64,000 bases of DNA. Origin: an uncultured Bacteroidaceae bacterium. Its GTDB lineage: Bacteria > Bacteroidota > Bacteroidia > Bacteroidales > Bacteroidaceae. Positions within the stretch are counted from its first letter, which is position 1. Each line of letters opens with the position of its first letter. The notes under the pieces were generated by a model. The model was not told the origin of the DNA and did not search any database. It saw only the letters and a list, made by a program, of their open reading frames with translations. The stretch is taken from NCBI GenBank assembly GCA_905236065.1, contig CAJONZ010000065.1, positions 12,285 through 76,284 of the forward strand, in the 5' to 3' direction. Position numbers and translations under genes: made by a program. Below, in pieces: positions 9,903 to 20,858 of this stretch.

Positions 9903-10810
9903 TCCTCGCATTCCTGTCGGCTTGTCTGCTTGGCTTCTACGACGTATTCAAAAAGAAATCGCTGAAAGGCAACGCCGTCATACCCGTCCTGCTGCTCAAC
10001 ACCCTGTTCTCCTCCCTCATCTTCCTGCCCTTCATCATCGGCTCACGGCAAGGACTCATCAGTGAGGACTCCCTCTTCTACACCCATCAGTACGGTTGGG
10101 CTGAACATCGCTACATCCTGCTGAAATCCTGCATCGTGCTCAGTAGTTGGCTCTTTGCCTACTTCGGACTGAAAAACCTGCCCATCACCATCGTCGGCCC
10201 TATCAACGCCACCCGCCCCGTCATGGTGCTCATCGGTGCGCTCACCTTCTTCGGCGAGCGGCTCAACCTGTGGCAGTGGCTGGGTGTCATTATCGCCATG
10301 GTCGGCCTCTGGATGCTATCCCGCTCCAGCAAGAAAGAAGGCATAGACTTTCGCCACAACAAATGGATTGTCTTTGTGGTGCTGGCCAACGTGCTCGGCG
10401 CCGTCAGTGGCCTGTACGACAAGTTCCTGATGGCCAGTCCCGCCAACCACGGCGTGGGCCTCGACAAGATGGCCGTACAGTCGTGGTACAACATCTACCA
10501 ATTTTTCATGATGCTGGCCATGCTCTTCCTGCTGTGGTGGCCCACCCACAAGAAGACCACTCCCTTCCACTGGGACTGGTGCATCATCCTCATCAGCATC
10601 TTCCTCTCTGCTGCCGATTTTGCCTATTTCTACGCCCTCGGTCTCGACGGAGCCATGATTTCCATCGTTTCCATGGTGCGCCGTGGCAGCGTCCTCGTCA
10701 GTTTCCTCTTCGGGGCCATTATCTTCCGGGAGAAGAACCTGAAAGCCAAAGTCGTTGACCTACTGCTTGTACTACTTTCCATGCTCTTCCTCTTCATTGG
10801 GTCAAAATAA
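9893..10810 (+). CDS. EamA/DMT family transporter
   Basis: 305 aa, about 10 TM helices in two repeated halves. The start overlaps the truA stop by 10 nt. Confidence 0.65.
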   Translation: MWLILAFLSACLLGFYDVFKKKSLKGNAVIPVLLLNTLFSSLIFLPFIIGSRQGLISEDSLFYTHQYGWAEHRYILLKSCIVLSSWLFAYFGLKNLPITIVGPINATRPVMVLIGALTFFGERLNLWQWLGVIIAMVGLWMLSRSSKKEGIDFRHNKWIVFVVLANVLGAVSGLYDKFLMASPANHGVGLDKMAVQSWYNIYQFFMMLAMLFLLWWPTHKKTTPFHWDWCIILISIFLSAADFAYFYALGLDGAMISIVSMVRRGSVLVSFLFGAIIFREKNLKAKVVDLLLVLLSMLFLFIGSK

Positions 10811-10827
10811 CAAAATTACACTAAATC

Positions 10828-11445
10828 ATGATTGAGATAAAAGGAACGTTGGTTTCGTTGGACATCTTTTCAGAATGTTTTTGCTGCGACCTCACGAAGT
10901 GTCACGGTATGTGTTGTGTGGAGGGTGACGAAGGTGCGCCTGTGGCAATGGACGAAGTGGAGGAACTGGAGAACGCTTACGAGGTCGTAGGTGCAGAGCT
11001 TCCCGCAAAGGCACGGGCCGAAATAGAACGGAACGGTGTGGTCTATCCCGACCGTGAAGGAGAACTGGCCACGTCAATTATCAATGGGAAAGATTGCGTT
11101 TTCGTGAAATACGGAAACCTGTCTGCCGACGGCGGAAAGACACGAGGACCACGATGCGCCTTCTGCGCCATCGACAGTGCTTTCCGGGAAGGGCGTTTAC
11201 GTTGGCAAAAGCCCATCAGCTGCGCACTCTACCCCATTCGCATCAGTTCGATAGGCGGCGTTCCGGCATTGAACTATCACCGATGGAGCGTATGTAAACC
11301 TGCGGTCGAGCTGGGCAGGAAACTCGGCCTGCCACTCTATCAGTTTTTGAAAGAGCCTTTAATCCGACGCTTCGGACAAGAATGGTGGGACGAATGCCAC
11401 CTTGCCTACGGGGAATTGAAGCAAGCGGGATACATCAAAGAATGA
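10828..11445 (+). CDS. DUF3109 family Cys-rich protein
   Basis: The N-terminal CCDLTKCHGMCCVEGDEGAP cluster and overall length match my recollection of the Bacteroidota DUF3109 family. Confidence 0.55.
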   Translation: MIEIKGTLVSLDIFSECFCCDLTKCHGMCCVEGDEGAPVAMDEVEELENAYEVVGAELPAKARAEIERNGVVYPDREGELATSIINGKDCVFVKYGNLSADGGKTRGPRCAFCAIDSAFREGRLRWQKPISCALYPIRISSIGGVPALNYHRWSVCKPAVELGRKLGLPLYQFLKEPLIRRFGQEWWDECHLAYGELKQAGYIKE

Positions 11446-11564
11446 TAGGTGTCGGAGCGGCCTGTGGGCATAAAACTCCAATGATTATTGCACACTTCAT
11501 GGGGGGATTGTGTACCTACACACATTTTTTCTATTCTTCGTTTGGAAGAATTAATAATTATTTG

Positions 11565-11572
11565 TACTTTTG
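11565..11572 (+). promoter_or_regulatory. -7 box TACTTTTG (fabD)
   Basis: Exact match 84 nt upstream of ATG 11656. Confidence 0.45.
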
Positions 11573-11655
11573 CATACGTTATTTTGCTTTTCTTCTGGAA
11601 AAAGAGGGGCAATTTGATTTTCAGAAAATAAACGTTGATTATAAAACAGAAAGAA

Positions 11656-12543
11656 ATGAAAGCATTCGTGTTCCCAGGTCAGGGTGCCCAGTTCTCAGGT
11701 ATGGGCAAAGACTTGTATGAGACTAATCCTAAGGCAAAAGAGTTGTTCGACAAAGCCAACGAGATTCTGGGCTTTGACATCACCAAGATAATGTTTGAAG
11801 GCACAGCAGAGGAATTGAAGCAGACGAAAGTGACACAGCCGGCAGTGTTCCTGCATTCGGTCATCAGTGCCATTTGCATGGGCGAGGCATTCCAGCCCGA
11901 CATGGTAGGTGGCCACTCGCTGGGTGAGTTCTCGGCATTGGTAGCCGCCGGTGCGCTGTCGTTCGAGGACGGCCTGAAGCTGGTGTCAAAACGTGCTCAG
12001 GCTATGCAGAAGGCTTGCGAGGCTGCCCCATCGACCATGGCCGCCATCATCGGTCTGCCAGACGAGAAAATCGAGGAGATTTGCGCAGGCATCAACAAGC
12101 CAGGCTATGTGGTTGTTCCTGCAAATTATAATAACCCAGGACAGCTGGTTATCTCGGGAAATGTAGATGCCATCAACGAGGCTTGCGAGGCCATGAAGGC
12201 CGCAGGTGCCAAACGTGCGCTTCCGCTTCCTGTGGGCGGTGCGTTTCACTCTCCGCTGATGCAGCCGGCCAAGGACGAATTGCAGGCAGCCATCGAGGCC
12301 ACGGAATTCTCTGTACCCAAATGTCCTGTGTATCAGAACGTGGACGCGAAGGCTCACACGAACCCGGAGGAAATTAAGCAGAATCTGATCGCCCAGCTGA
12401 CAGCTCCCGTGAAGTGGACATACGAGGTGCAGGCCATGATTGCAGCAGGTGCCACAGACTTCACTGAGTGCGGACCGGGCAAGGCACTACAGGGCATGAT
12501 TGCCAAGATTGACAAGAATGTCACGGCGCACGGAATCGGATAA
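11656..12543 (+). CDS. fabD: Malonyl-CoA:ACP transacylase
   Basis: MKAFVFPGQGAQFSGMGKDLY and active-site GHSLGEFSALVAAG. Start moved to ATG 11656. A TACTTTTG -7 box lies at 11565. Confidence 0.9.
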   Translation: MKAFVFPGQGAQFSGMGKDLYETNPKAKELFDKANEILGFDITKIMFEGTAEELKQTKVTQPAVFLHSVISAICMGEAFQPDMVGGHSLGEFSALVAAGALSFEDGLKLVSKRAQAMQKACEAAPSTMAAIIGLPDEKIEEICAGINKPGYVVVPANYNNPGQLVISGNVDAINEACEAMKAAGAKRALPLPVGGAFHSPLMQPAKDELQAAIEATEFSVPKCPVYQNVDAKAHTNPEEIKQNLIAQLTAPVKWTYEVQAMIAAGATDFTECGPGKALQGMIAKIDKNVTAHGIG

Positions 12544-12626
12544 ATTAAAAGCTAAAAGCTAAAAGTTTTACGTTAGCGATTTTAACTTCTAATTTTCAAC
12601 ACGTAAATCACAACATTATTCATACC

Positions 12627-14318
12627 ATGGAGAAATTAGTTATTTACCAAGTCTTCACCCGCTTGTTTGGCGCAAACTCCGTAAAGTGTGTGCCGAACGG
12701 CTCGAAGAAAGAAAACGGCTGTGGACATCTGGCAGACTTCACAGGAGCGGCCCTTGCTGAGATTAAGGGACTTGGTGCCACGCACATCTGGTACACGGGC
12801 ATCATCGAACATGCCACGAAGACGGACTACTCGGAATATGGCATCCGCCGCGACCACCCGGCCATCGTGAAGGGCAATGCCGGCTCGCCATACGCCATCA
12901 AGGACTACTACGACGTGGATCCCGACTTGGCTACAAAAGTGCCCGACCGTTTCAAGGAGTTTGAAAACCTGGTGAACCGTACACACAAGGCGGGGCTGAA
13001 GGCCATCATCGACTTTGTGCCGAACCATGTGGCTCGCCAGTATCATTCCGATGCCAAGCCGGAGTTGGTGCGCGACCTGGGTGAGGACGACGAACCCTCA
13101 TGGGCTTTCTCCATGCAAAACAACTTCTACTACCTACCAGGCTCAAAGTTCTCGCCGAATTTCGACTTGAAGGATCCGGAACTGGGCACTTACAAGGAGA
13201 AACCTTGCAAGGCGACAGGCAACGACTGTTTTACGCCCTGGGTGAGCCGAAACGACTGGTATGAGACGGTGAAGCTAAACTACGGCGTTGACTATCAAGG
13301 AAACCACCAGATGGTTTTCTCGCCCTCCACGCCCAGCACGTGGACAAAGATGCGTGACATCCTGCTGTTCTGGGCAGAGACAGGCGTCGATGGATTCCGC
13401 TGCGACATGGCCGAGATGGTACCCGTAGATTTCTGGGGATGGGTGATACCAATTGTGAAGAAGAAGTTCCCGAACGTCATTTTCATTGCCGAAATCTATA
13501 ATCCGCACGAATACCGCAATTACATCATGCGCGGAAAATTCGACTATCTCTACGACAAGGTGGGCCTGTACGACACACTGCGCTCAGTTGTCGGCGGACA
13601 GTCGGCCAGTCTGATTACCGGTTGCTGGCAGTCGGTGGAGGACATTCAGGACAAGATGGTCAATTTCCTTGAGAATCATGATGAGCAACGCATTGCCAGC
13701 CGTTTCTTCGCAGGTAATGCTGAGAAGGGAAAGCCGGCTTTGCTCGTCTCAGCTCTGATGAATACGAACCCCATGATGGTGTATTTCGGCCAGGAATTTG
13801 GCGAGCCGGGCATGGACGCAGAAGGATTCTCTGGCGAGGACGGACGGACTACCATCTTTGACTATTGGACGATTGACAAAATCCGCAGATGGAGAAATGG
13901 TGGCAAGTTCGATGGTGCCCTGTTGACTGCGGAGGAGAAGAAGCTGCGCCACTACTACGACAAGGTACTGGGCATGTGCAACAAAGACAAGGCCATCAGG
14001 GAGGGACGCTTCTTCGACATCATGTATGCAAACTACGACAACGAGTTGATGGACACCAACAAGCTGTATGCTTTCCTGCGCAAGTCCGGCAAGGAGCTTA
14101 TCCTTGTGGTGGCAAACTTCAGCGACGAGTTGCAACGCACTTGGGTGAAGATTCCTGCTCATGCTTTCGAAACGCTGGACATTCCAGCCTTCACGGAGAA
14201 GACCTCCTGCAAGGAGCTACTCACCCACTCCACCGAAAAGCACATTCTGGTACCCGACGGCACAACCTATCTGGAGGTGCCCGCAAACGGCGGAAAGGTG
14301 CTTAAATTCAAATTGTAG
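12627..14318 (+). CDS. GH13 alpha-amylase family glycoside hydrolase
   Basis: The four GH13 regions are present: [31 protein letters not shown] and [10 protein letters not shown]. No signal peptide, so probably cytoplasmic. Confidence 0.8.
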   Translation: MEKLVIYQVFTRLFGANSVKCVPNGSKKENGCGHLADFTGAALAEIKGLGATHIWYTGIIEHATKTDYSEYGIRRDHPAIVKGNAGSPYAIKDYYDVDPDLATKVPDRFKEFENLVNRTHKAGLKAIIDFVPNHVARQYHSDAKPELVRDLGEDDEPSWAFSMQNNFYYLPGSKFSPNFDLKDPELGTYKEKPCKATGNDCFTPWVSRNDWYETVKLNYGVDYQGNHQMVFSPSTPSTWTKMRDILLFWAETGVDGFRCDMAEMVPVDFWGWVIPIVKKKFPNVIFIAEIYNPHEYRNYIMRGKFDYLYDKVGLYDTLRSVVGGQSASLITGCWQSVEDIQDKMVNFLENHDEQRIASRFFAGNAEKGKPALLVSALMNTNPMMVYFGQEFGEPGMDAEGFSGEDGRTTIFDYWTIDKIRRWRNGGKFDGALLTAEEKKLRHYYDKVLGMCNKDKAIREGRFFDIMYANYDNELMDTNKLYAFLRKSGKELILVVANFSDELQRTWVKIPAHAFETLDIPAFTEKTSCKELLTHSTEKHILVPDGTTYLEVPANGGKVLKFKL

Positions 14319-14360
14319 AGGTAAGAAACACACTATTTTTACGCAAAAAAACAATAAAAA

Positions 14361-14403
14361 AGCGCTTGGCACGAAGAAAAAGTCGCAGCCAAGCGCTTTT
14401 TTT
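14361..14403 (+). terminator. Rho-independent terminator after the GH13 gene
   Basis: AGCGCTTGGC (14361..14370) pairs perfectly with GCCAAGCGCT (14388..14397) and is followed by a T7 run. Confidence 0.7.
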
Positions 14404-14416
14404 GATGGAAAAGTCG

Positions 14417-14424
14417 TAACTTTG
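14417..14424 (+). promoter_or_regulatory. -7 box TAACTTTG (rpsP) followed by a structured leader
   Basis: Exact match 106 nt upstream of ATG 14530. The leader holds the hairpins GTCGTCAcgagcTGACGAC (about 14457..14475) and GAAAGGacaaaaaCCTTTC (about 14492..14510). Confidence 0.45.
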
Positions 14425-14529
14425 CAACCGCTTTCACGTGTTGGAAGCATCAGTTCACGTCGTCACGAGCTGACGACACATTCAATAACCCCAAGAAAGG
14501 ACAAAAACCTTTCTGCAAAAACATTTATT

Positions 14530-15075
14530 ATGAAAAAGGGATCTACAAGAATCAGACTTCAGCGTCACGGTCGTAAAAACTACGCATTCTACAGCATTGT
14601 CATTGCAAACGCAAATGCAAAGCGTGACGGACGATTCATCGAGAAACTGGGTACTTACAACCCTAACACTGACCCTGCAACGATTGATCTGAACTTTGAG
14701 CGTGCACTCTACTGGGTAGAGACAGGTGCTCAACCAACGGACACCGTTCGCAACATCCTTTCAGAAGAGGGTGTCTATCTGATGAAGCACCTGAAAGGTG
14801 GTGTCAAGAAGGGCGCATTCGACGAGGCTACTGCAGAGGCTAAGTTCACTGCATGGAAATCAGAGAAGGCACAGAAGGCTGCCAAGGCTGCTGAGGCTGT
14901 GGCAAAGTCACAGAAAGAGAATGCCAAGGCTCGTCTTGAGGCAGAAAAGAAGGCAAACGCTGCTCTCGCTGCCAAGATTGCAGAGAAGAAGGCTGCCGCT
15001 GCTGCCGCAAAGGCTGAGGCCGAAGCCGCTGAGGCTCCAGCAGAAGCTGCTGAGGAACCAGCCGCAGAAGCATAA
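14530..15075 (+). CDS. rpsP: 30S ribosomal protein S16 with an Ala/Lys/Glu-rich C-terminal extension
   Basis: [45 protein letters not shown]. The track ORF starting at 14161 is an artefactual upstream extension. ATG 14530 is in frame. Confidence 0.85.
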   Translation: MKKGSTRIRLQRHGRKNYAFYSIVIANANAKRDGRFIEKLGTYNPNTDPATIDLNFERALYWVETGAQPTDTVRNILSEEGVYLMKHLKGGVKKGAFDEATAEAKFTAWKSEKAQKAAKAAEAVAKSQKENAKARLEAEKKANAALAAKIAEKKAAAAAAKAEAEAAEAPAEAAEEPAAEA

Positions 15076-15100
15076 GGCAAATCAAGCAAAAAGGCAAATG

Positions 15101-15129
15101 AGACCGCACTTGAAAGTGTGGTCTTTTTT
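15101..15129 (+). terminator. Rho-independent terminator after rpsP
   Basis: AGACCGCAC ttgaaa GTGTGGTCT (one G-U pair) followed by TTTTT. Confidence 0.7.
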
Positions 15130-15213
15130 ATGTACCTATACAAAAACAGGGCACCATAGTATGAGCCAATCGACACTGTGGTGCCCACGTCTTTTGAGTA
15201 AAGCCGTTGAAAT

Positions 15214-18200
15214 TTACTTCTTCATATAGGCTTGTATCAGTAAAGTAATATCGGCAGTCGTCAAGATGCCGTCACCGTCCAAATCGACCGTAGCGGGAGA
15301 TTCCGCCGTGGCGGCAAGGTACATGCTGATGAGGTCAACGACATCGGCAAGGTCAAAGGCTCCGTCAGCATTGATGTCGTAGCGTTGCTGCTCGTCCAAG
15401 CGACCGGCTTTGTAGTCCTCGGCCAGTTCAATCAGGTGAGCGGCATAGTTGGTTATCAGCTTGGCCGTGGTCAAAGTTGTCGTGGCACGGTGCGAAAATT
15501 CATACTCAGCGACATGGATGCTGTCGGCGTATGCATTGTAGGAATTGATTGTCACGCTGTCCCTGTATTCGTCCAGAAGGTCGTATGCCTGCTGAATAGT
15601 CTTTGCCAGTGTGACGTATGCGGGGTCGAGCGACAAACTGGGATAAGCCCGAAACTGCTTTTTCAGCTTTGAATCGTAAAAGTAGCCACGAAGACCTTCT
15701 ACAACGGTCGCTTCGGTGATGGGCACGAATTTCTGCAGTTCGTCATCGTTGAGCAACTGGGCACCTACGGGGATGGTTGTCGAGGCAAATATGCCGACCA
15801 CTGCCGTGTCTGCATTCTCCAGTGGAGCAGCCAGCACTGATACGGACGTACCCTCATTGATGGCCGTCAGTTGGCGGTTGCGATAGGCGGACGACATGAC
15901 GAGGTAGGTATGGCCGGCCTCCAGCGTATCAACGTCGGTTACGGAACTAACCGTAATACCCGTGCTCTTGTGGCTGTCAATGCGGCGGGCAATGATTCCA
16001 TCAGGCACAGATGCCTCAAACGGCGTGGTCAGCAAATACCAACGGGCTATCTCCGAGCCAATGGTTAGGCTTCCTTGCTGGGCAGAGAACGCAGCCTTGG
16101 GCTGGAAATCGTAATCCGCATCCAGTTGCAGGTTGCCACAGACGCCATTCTCGTTCACCACATTGGGCGATTGGAAAATCTGCTGGCCAGCAACATAAAT
16201 CAATGCATTCTGCGAAGGGAGCATCGTGTTGTCAATGTCGTCGGACAAAGCCTCCACCTGCGTCAGGTCGTAGGCAATGGCCGAATTATAGGCCGCACGT
16301 TTCACAAAAGTCTCAAAGGCATAACGATCCCAATGGCCTGTGAAACTCAGGATGCCATCCTCAAAGGTATTAATGGCAAAGTCGCTCTCGCCAGTCACTA
16401 CAAAGTAAGCCTTCTGGGAAATCGCCTTTGAAGTGTCAATGCTGTCAGATGCAACCAGACTCTTCCACGGGCTGTTGATTTCCGCACAATAGCGTTTTCC
16501 GGCAGCGATGGGGCAAGTGGAAACGTTCGACACATTGAAGACAAGGTCTCTGTTCTCATGGGCGGGAATTACAGTGTTACTCAGACTTTTCGTCCCGTTC
16601 AGCACCCATTCTCCCAGCACTTCATCATACACTAAGATGTTTATCTTGGCCGTTCCCTCATAATCAATGGCACCCTCATTGGCCACATTCACCGTCACCA
16701 TGGCCCTGTTGTTGTAGAACTTCGCATAGCTGATGCCGTCTATCTCCTCCACGTCCGCCGAGCCGTTGGCTACAATCGAGTGCATGGCAAGCTCTGCCGA
16801 CGCAACCTCTGGCACAACCTCAATCTGATTAAGCACATTCAGGTCGGCATCGGTCACGGTAATATACCATGGCTTCGTGTTAGTAGGCTTACAAGTCAAT
16901 TCAAATGTAGCCGACTTTCCCTGGGCAATCACGGTCTCTGTCTCCGAAGACTTCGCACTGGTCAATGAGGAAGGATTATTCTTGTTCGTTGCGGCAAACA
17001 GGTAGAAACCGCTTTGAGGTAAAGTGGAGGCATTCTCCACAACCACCTCAAACGTGTTGGTACGTTGTGCATAGACTTTATTCGGCGCATTGATTTTTGC
17101 GGTCATGTTCCATTTCCGTGGATAAGCCCCTATTAAGGCTGACTGATAACCATTGAAGCCGTTCATACCCGTCTCCGTGTCCACCGTGTAGTAGCCGTCA
17201 TAGCCATTGCCGGCTCCCCAACCGAAATTGAAGTAGAACAAATCGTTCGTTGCCTGATAGCCATGCACCACCACGGCATGTCCGCCACTTTCGCTGTGGA
17301 CACCCGTGTACATCACGGGGCGACCGGCCTGCAGTTCCTTGTACAGCAACTGCACCCAATACTCCTGGGTGTAGGAGTCACGGTAGTAAACCGCGCCGCC
17401 TCTCATGCCGAAATACCCACTGAAGGTATTCGGTATCTTCTCAATATTACCCGAAGTACTGCTTCCGTAAGTCAGCCACGTCGCAGCACCGGTGGCAAAG
17501 ACGAACTCTGCTACAGCCGCCCTTGAGGCTGTTGATTCTCCACCCGAATAGCTGTCACGCATCAAATCCCAACGCATCTCCGTACCCTTTGGCACACTCT
17601 CCGTCACAGGGGCATCTCCGTAGCCATACGTTGGGGTCGTCGCCTGCAATGTAGAGGGCAAGTCCTTGCGCCAGTAATACAAAATCTGACTGGCCGCCGT
17701 GGCCACACAACCCGTCACGGCACGGTTGGTGGTTCCTGTCAAGAAAGGACATTGGTCGTTGTAGGGGCTGTTTTGGTGCCAATGACTTGTCATCAAAGGG
17801 GCAATGCTGGTACGCCCCGATGAGGCCGCTCGCCGCTTCGCCTCCATGACAGGCTGGTTCGTTCCGGCTATCTGGGCGTCCTCCACCTGTTGCGTCCACA
17901 CGGTGAGCATGTCCTGCAAGGCTGGCGGCACAGTGGCCTCGTCAAAGTCTCCGGCATCCGTATAGCCGAGAATCTGTGGCATACAGTCGTCGCCGGCCAC
18001 GATGACAAATCCCTGTCCCTCGCCACGGCTATATATATAATAAGGTGAAGTGGCTGCAACCCTTGCAGACAATTTCCTTGCCTTTGCGGCATTGCGGGTA
18101 GCCCGTTTCACCAGCGTCAAGTCGTGGCCTAGCACCTGGAACGCTTCCGCAATCTGCTTGGCACGCACGGCATCAATCGGGTCGGCCATGGCCTGCCCCA

Positions 18201-18240
18201 CAACCAACGCCGTGATAAAAAAAGCAAATAATCGTCTCAT
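15214..18240 (-). CDS. Secreted C10-family (streptopain-like) cysteine peptidase with an N-terminal inhibitor-like prodomain and a C-terminal dockerin-like module
   Basis: 1008 aa. Signal peptide MRRLFAFFITALVVGQAMA. Prodomain-like DPIDAVRAKQIAEAF. Catalytic Cys region NRAVTGCVATAASQILYYW and His region GGHAVVVHGY. Last 60 aa: DINADGAFDLADVVDLISMYL...DLDGDGILTTADITLLIQAYMKK. Confidence 0.8.
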   Translation of the reverse strand: MRRLFAFFITALVVGQAMADPIDAVRAKQIAEAFQVLGHDLTLVKRATRNAAKARKLSARVAATSPYYIYSRGEGQGFVIVAGDDCMPQILGYTDAGDFDEATVPPALQDMLTVWTQQVEDAQIAGTNQPVMEAKRRAASSGRTSIAPLMTSHWHQNSPYNDQCPFLTGTTNRAVTGCVATAASQILYYWRKDLPSTLQATTPTYGYGDAPVTESVPKGTEMRWDLMRDSYSGGESTASRAAVAEFVFATGAATWLTYGSSTSGNIEKIPNTFSGYFGMRGGAVYYRDSYTQEYWVQLLYKELQAGRPVMYTGVHSESGGHAVVVHGYQATNDLFYFNFGWGAGNGYDGYYTVDTETGMNGFNGYQSALIGAYPRKWNMTAKINAPNKVYAQRTNTFEVVVENASTLPQSGFYLFAATNKNNPSSLTSAKSSETETVIAQGKSATFELTCKPTNTKPWYITVTDADLNVLNQIEVVPEVASAELAMHSIVANGSADVEEIDGISYAKFYNNRAMVTVNVANEGAIDYEGTAKINILVYDEVLGEWVLNGTKSLSNTVIPAHENRDLVFNVSNVSTCPIAAGKRYCAEINSPWKSLVASDSIDTSKAISQKAYFVVTGESDFAINTFEDGILSFTGHWDRYAFETFVKRAAYNSAIAYDLTQVEALSDDIDNTMLPSQNALIYVAGQQIFQSPNVVNENGVCGNLQLDADYDFQPKAAFSAQQGSLTIGSEIARWYLLTTPFEASVPDGIIARRIDSHKSTGITVSSVTDVDTLEAGHTYLVMSSAYRNRQLTAINEGTSVSVLAAPLENADTAVVGIFASTTIPVGAQLLNDDELQKFVPITEATVVEGLRGYFYDSKLKKQFRAYPSLSLDPAYVTLAKTIQQAYDLLDEYRDSVTINSYNAYADSIHVAEYEFSHRATTTLTTAKLITNYAAHLIELAEDYKAGRLDEQQRYDINADGAFDLADVVDLISMYLAATAESPATVDLDGDGILTTADITLLIQAYMKK

Positions 18241-18267
18241 AAGTTAAGGTATTATTAAAGTTACATA

Positions 18268-20085
18268 TTAATCATCATCCAGCTTCAGCACCGCCAGGAA
18301 AGCCTTCTGCGGCACAGACACATTGCCGATCTGCTTCATGCGCTTCTTTCCGCGTTTCTGTTTCTCAAGCAGCTTCCGCTTTCGAGTCACGTCACCGCCA
18401 TAACACTTTGCCAACACGTCCTTCCGAACCTGCTTCACCGTCTCGCGGGCAACAATCTTGCCGCCAATGGCCGCCTGAATGGCAATGTCAAACTGCTGAC
18501 GGGGCAGCAACTCTTTCAAGCGTTCACACATACGGCGACCCAACGTCACGGCATTATCTACATGCGTCAGCGTTGACAAGGCATCCACCGACTCGCCGTT
18601 CAGCAAGATGTCGAGCTTCACCAGTTTCGAGGGACGGAAGCCAGCGGGATGGTAGTCGAAACTGGCATAGCCACGGCTCACGCTCTTCAACTTATCGTAA
18701 AAGTCGATGACAATTTCGCCCAGCGGCATCAGATACTCAATCTCAACACGGTTGCCCGCAATGAAATCCTGCTTCACCAACTCAGCCCGCTTCCCCAGAC
18801 AAAGCGTCATGATGGGGCCGATGTAGTTCGCCGTCGTGATGACCGTTGCACGGATGTAGGGCTCCTCCACATGCTCAATCAGCGTGGGGTCTGGCATTCC
18901 CGAAGGGTTGTGTACCTCCTCCGCCTCGCCATGTTTGTCATAGACCATGTACGACACGTTCGGCACCGTCGTGATGACATCCATGTTGAATTCCCGGTCG
19001 AGACGTTCCTGCACAATCTCCATGTGCAACAGGCCGAGGAATCCACAGCGGAAGCCGAAGCCCAAGGCCGCCGACGACTCATGCTGGAACGTCAGCGAGG
19101 CATCGTTCAACTGCAACTTCTCCAGACTGGTACGCAGATTCTCATAGTCCTCCGTCTCAATGGGATAGATGCCCGCAAACACCATCGGCTTCACCTCTTG
19201 GAAGCCTTGTATGGCCTCATCCGTCGGATTAGCCACCGTCGTGATGGTGTCGCCCACCTTCACCTCGACGGCATTCTTGATGCCCGTCACGATGTAGCCC
19301 ACGTCGCCCGTGCGCAACTCCTTCTTCGGCACCATGTCCATGCGGAGCGTACCGATTTCCTCGGCCAGGTACTCCTTCTTGGTATTGATGAAACGCACCT
19401 TCTCGCCCGGACGCATCACACCGTTGATAATCTTGAAGTAGGCTATGATGCCTCGGTACGAGTTGAATACCGAGTCGAAAATCAGCGCCTGCAACGGAGC
19501 CTGCTCGTCGCCCACGGGATGGGGCACACGCTCCACGACCGCCCGCAACACGTCATCGACCCCCTCGCCCGTCTTGCCCGAAGCATAGATAATGTCTTCT
19601 GGGTCGCAGCCAATCAGGTCAACAATCTCGTCGGCCACCTCCTCCGGCATCGCGTTCGGCATGTCGATTTTGTTAATCACAGGAATAATCTCCAAGTCGT
19701 GGTCAATGGCCATATACAGGTTACTGATGGTCTGCGCCTGCACACCCTGCGTGGCATCCACCACCAGCAATGCCCCCTCGCAGGCAGCAATCGAACGGCT
19801 CACCTCGTAGGAGAAATCCACGTGCCCCGGAGTATCAATCAAGTTCAGCACATACTTACCAGCCTCCAGTCCCCGTGCCGAGTCACCGACGGGCGTGTAG
19901 TCATACTCCATCTGGATGGCATGGCTCTTGATGGTAATGCCACGCTCCTGCTCCAGGTCCATGTCGTCCAACATCTGGCCCTGCGTAATCTGGATGGTCT
20001 TGGTACGCTCCAACAAGCGGTCGGCCAACGTAGATTTTCCGTGGTCAATATGTGCAATAATGCAAAAGTTTCGTATATTCTTCAT
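18268..20085 (-). CDS. lepA: Translation elongation factor 4
   Basis: [25 protein letters not shown]; 605 aa with full-length LepA architecture. Confidence 0.95.
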   Translation of the reverse strand: MKNIRNFCIIAHIDHGKSTLADRLLERTKTIQITQGQMLDDMDLEQERGITIKSHAIQMEYDYTPVGDSARGLEAGKYVLNLIDTPGHVDFSYEVSRSIAACEGALLVVDATQGVQAQTISNLYMAIDHDLEIIPVINKIDMPNAMPEEVADEIVDLIGCDPEDIIYASGKTGEGVDDVLRAVVERVPHPVGDEQAPLQALIFDSVFNSYRGIIAYFKIINGVMRPGEKVRFINTKKEYLAEEIGTLRMDMVPKKELRTGDVGYIVTGIKNAVEVKVGDTITTVANPTDEAIQGFQEVKPMVFAGIYPIETEDYENLRTSLEKLQLNDASLTFQHESSAALGFGFRCGFLGLLHMEIVQERLDREFNMDVITTVPNVSYMVYDKHGEAEEVHNPSGMPDPTLIEHVEEPYIRATVITTANYIGPIMTLCLGKRAELVKQDFIAGNRVEIEYLMPLGEIVIDFYDKLKSVSRGYASFDYHPAGFRPSKLVKLDILLNGESVDALSTLTHVDNAVTLGRRMCERLKELLPRQQFDIAIQAAIGGKIVARETVKQVRKDVLAKCYGGDVTRKRKLLEKQKRGKKRMKQIGNVSVPQKAFLAVLKLDDD

Positions 20086-20105
20086 CTGTCTTTTACGCTT
20101 CGTTG

Positions 20106-20141
20106 TTCACTGTTCATCGTTCATTCTTCACTGTTCATCGT
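20106..20141. repeat. 21-bp tandem duplication (15-nt perfect core TTCACTGTTCATCGT x2)
   Basis: Copies at 20106..20120 and 20127..20141. The second copy encodes the last residues of the HU-like ORF. The first lies in the 35-nt gap before the lepA start. Confidence 0.8.
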
Positions 20142-20756
20142 CCCTAACACCATGTGACGCGAAGGCCCGACACGGAACCCATATTCTGGGTTACGCTTCA
20201 GCATGTCCATCTCCTTCTGCGCCGTGGACCACTTCAAATCGTGCAGACGGGCATAGCCAGCAACAGTGATGAATCCCTGCTCGCGCACGTAGTCACGGGT
20301 CAGGGCCACACGTTCCTCAAACGTCCGTTCCGAACGGGTCTCATAGTTGAAGCCCACCTTCTCGCAACGGGTAAGCTCACGCAGGTTCTGACGCCAAGCC
20401 GGGTCAATGCGGAAGGAAACCGTGTCCATCGACACTGGCTTGTAATTGAATGCCTTTTCCACCTGCTCGTTGCTCCCCTGCTCCACCGTGCCAATGCCCT
20501 TCTCGTCAAAGGCCAGCACCGGAGAGAAGATGCCCAGTCCGTCAATCTTCACGGAATGGCCCATACTCAGATACTTACTCATCCGTTGAACCAACGCCGA
20601 CACGGCAAACCCCAACTCGCCCACGTGGCCGAATTCCCGGCTGTTGAGGATTGTTTCCGTGTCAATGGTGCGAATCGAATCGGTACGTGGATAGAAGTGA
20701 CGCTTTCCGTCGCCGTACATACTTGTGTTCTCTTGCAAAATGTAATTCAGTGGCAT
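20121..20756 (-). CDS. HU-like DNA-binding domain protein (Bacteroidales type)
   Basis: 211 aa. The segment KYLSMGHSVKIDGLGIFSPVL resembles the HU/IHF beta-arm region of Bacteroidales HU-domain proteins. A CAAAGATA -7 box (minus strand) lies at 20828. Confidence 0.45.
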   Translation of the reverse strand: MPLNYILQENTSMYGDGKRHFYPRTDSIRTIDTETILNSREFGHVGELGFAVSALVQRMSKYLSMGHSVKIDGLGIFSPVLAFDEKGIGTVEQGSNEQVEKAFNYKPVSMDTVSFRIDPAWRQNLRELTRCEKVGFNYETRSERTFEERVALTRDYVREQGFITVAGYARLHDLKWSTAQKEMDMLKRNPEYGFRVGPSRHMVLGTMNSEE

Positions 20757-20827
20757 AGTCTATGGATTTTAGTGTTAATTCGCTGATTTTTTTTTATTGA
20801 CATGCAATTTGTTTTCTAAAACAGGGG

Positions 20828-20835
20828 CAAAGATA
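20828..20835 (-). promoter_or_regulatory. -7 box TATCTTTG (HU-like gene)
   Basis: CAAAGATA on the plus strand, 72 nt upstream of start 20756. Confidence 0.4.
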
Positions 20836-20858
20836 ACAAAAAAGTTAAGAGCAAACAA

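Noticed and set aside
12541-12626. AAAAGCT tandem and TTAGAAGTTAAAA-like words after fabD (similar words at 56801..56840)
   Set aside because: These are short AT-rich low-complexity matches. I could not establish a convincing repeat family or a stable hairpin by eye.
14161-14529. N-terminal 123-codon extension of the rpsP ORF in the track
   Set aside because: It runs through the end of the GH13 gene, a strong terminator (14361..14403) and the rpsP promoter. The S16 homology begins only at ATG 14530.
18649-20157. 502-aa plus-strand ORF
   Set aside because: It is antisense to lepA, a near-universal and fully motif-supported gene.
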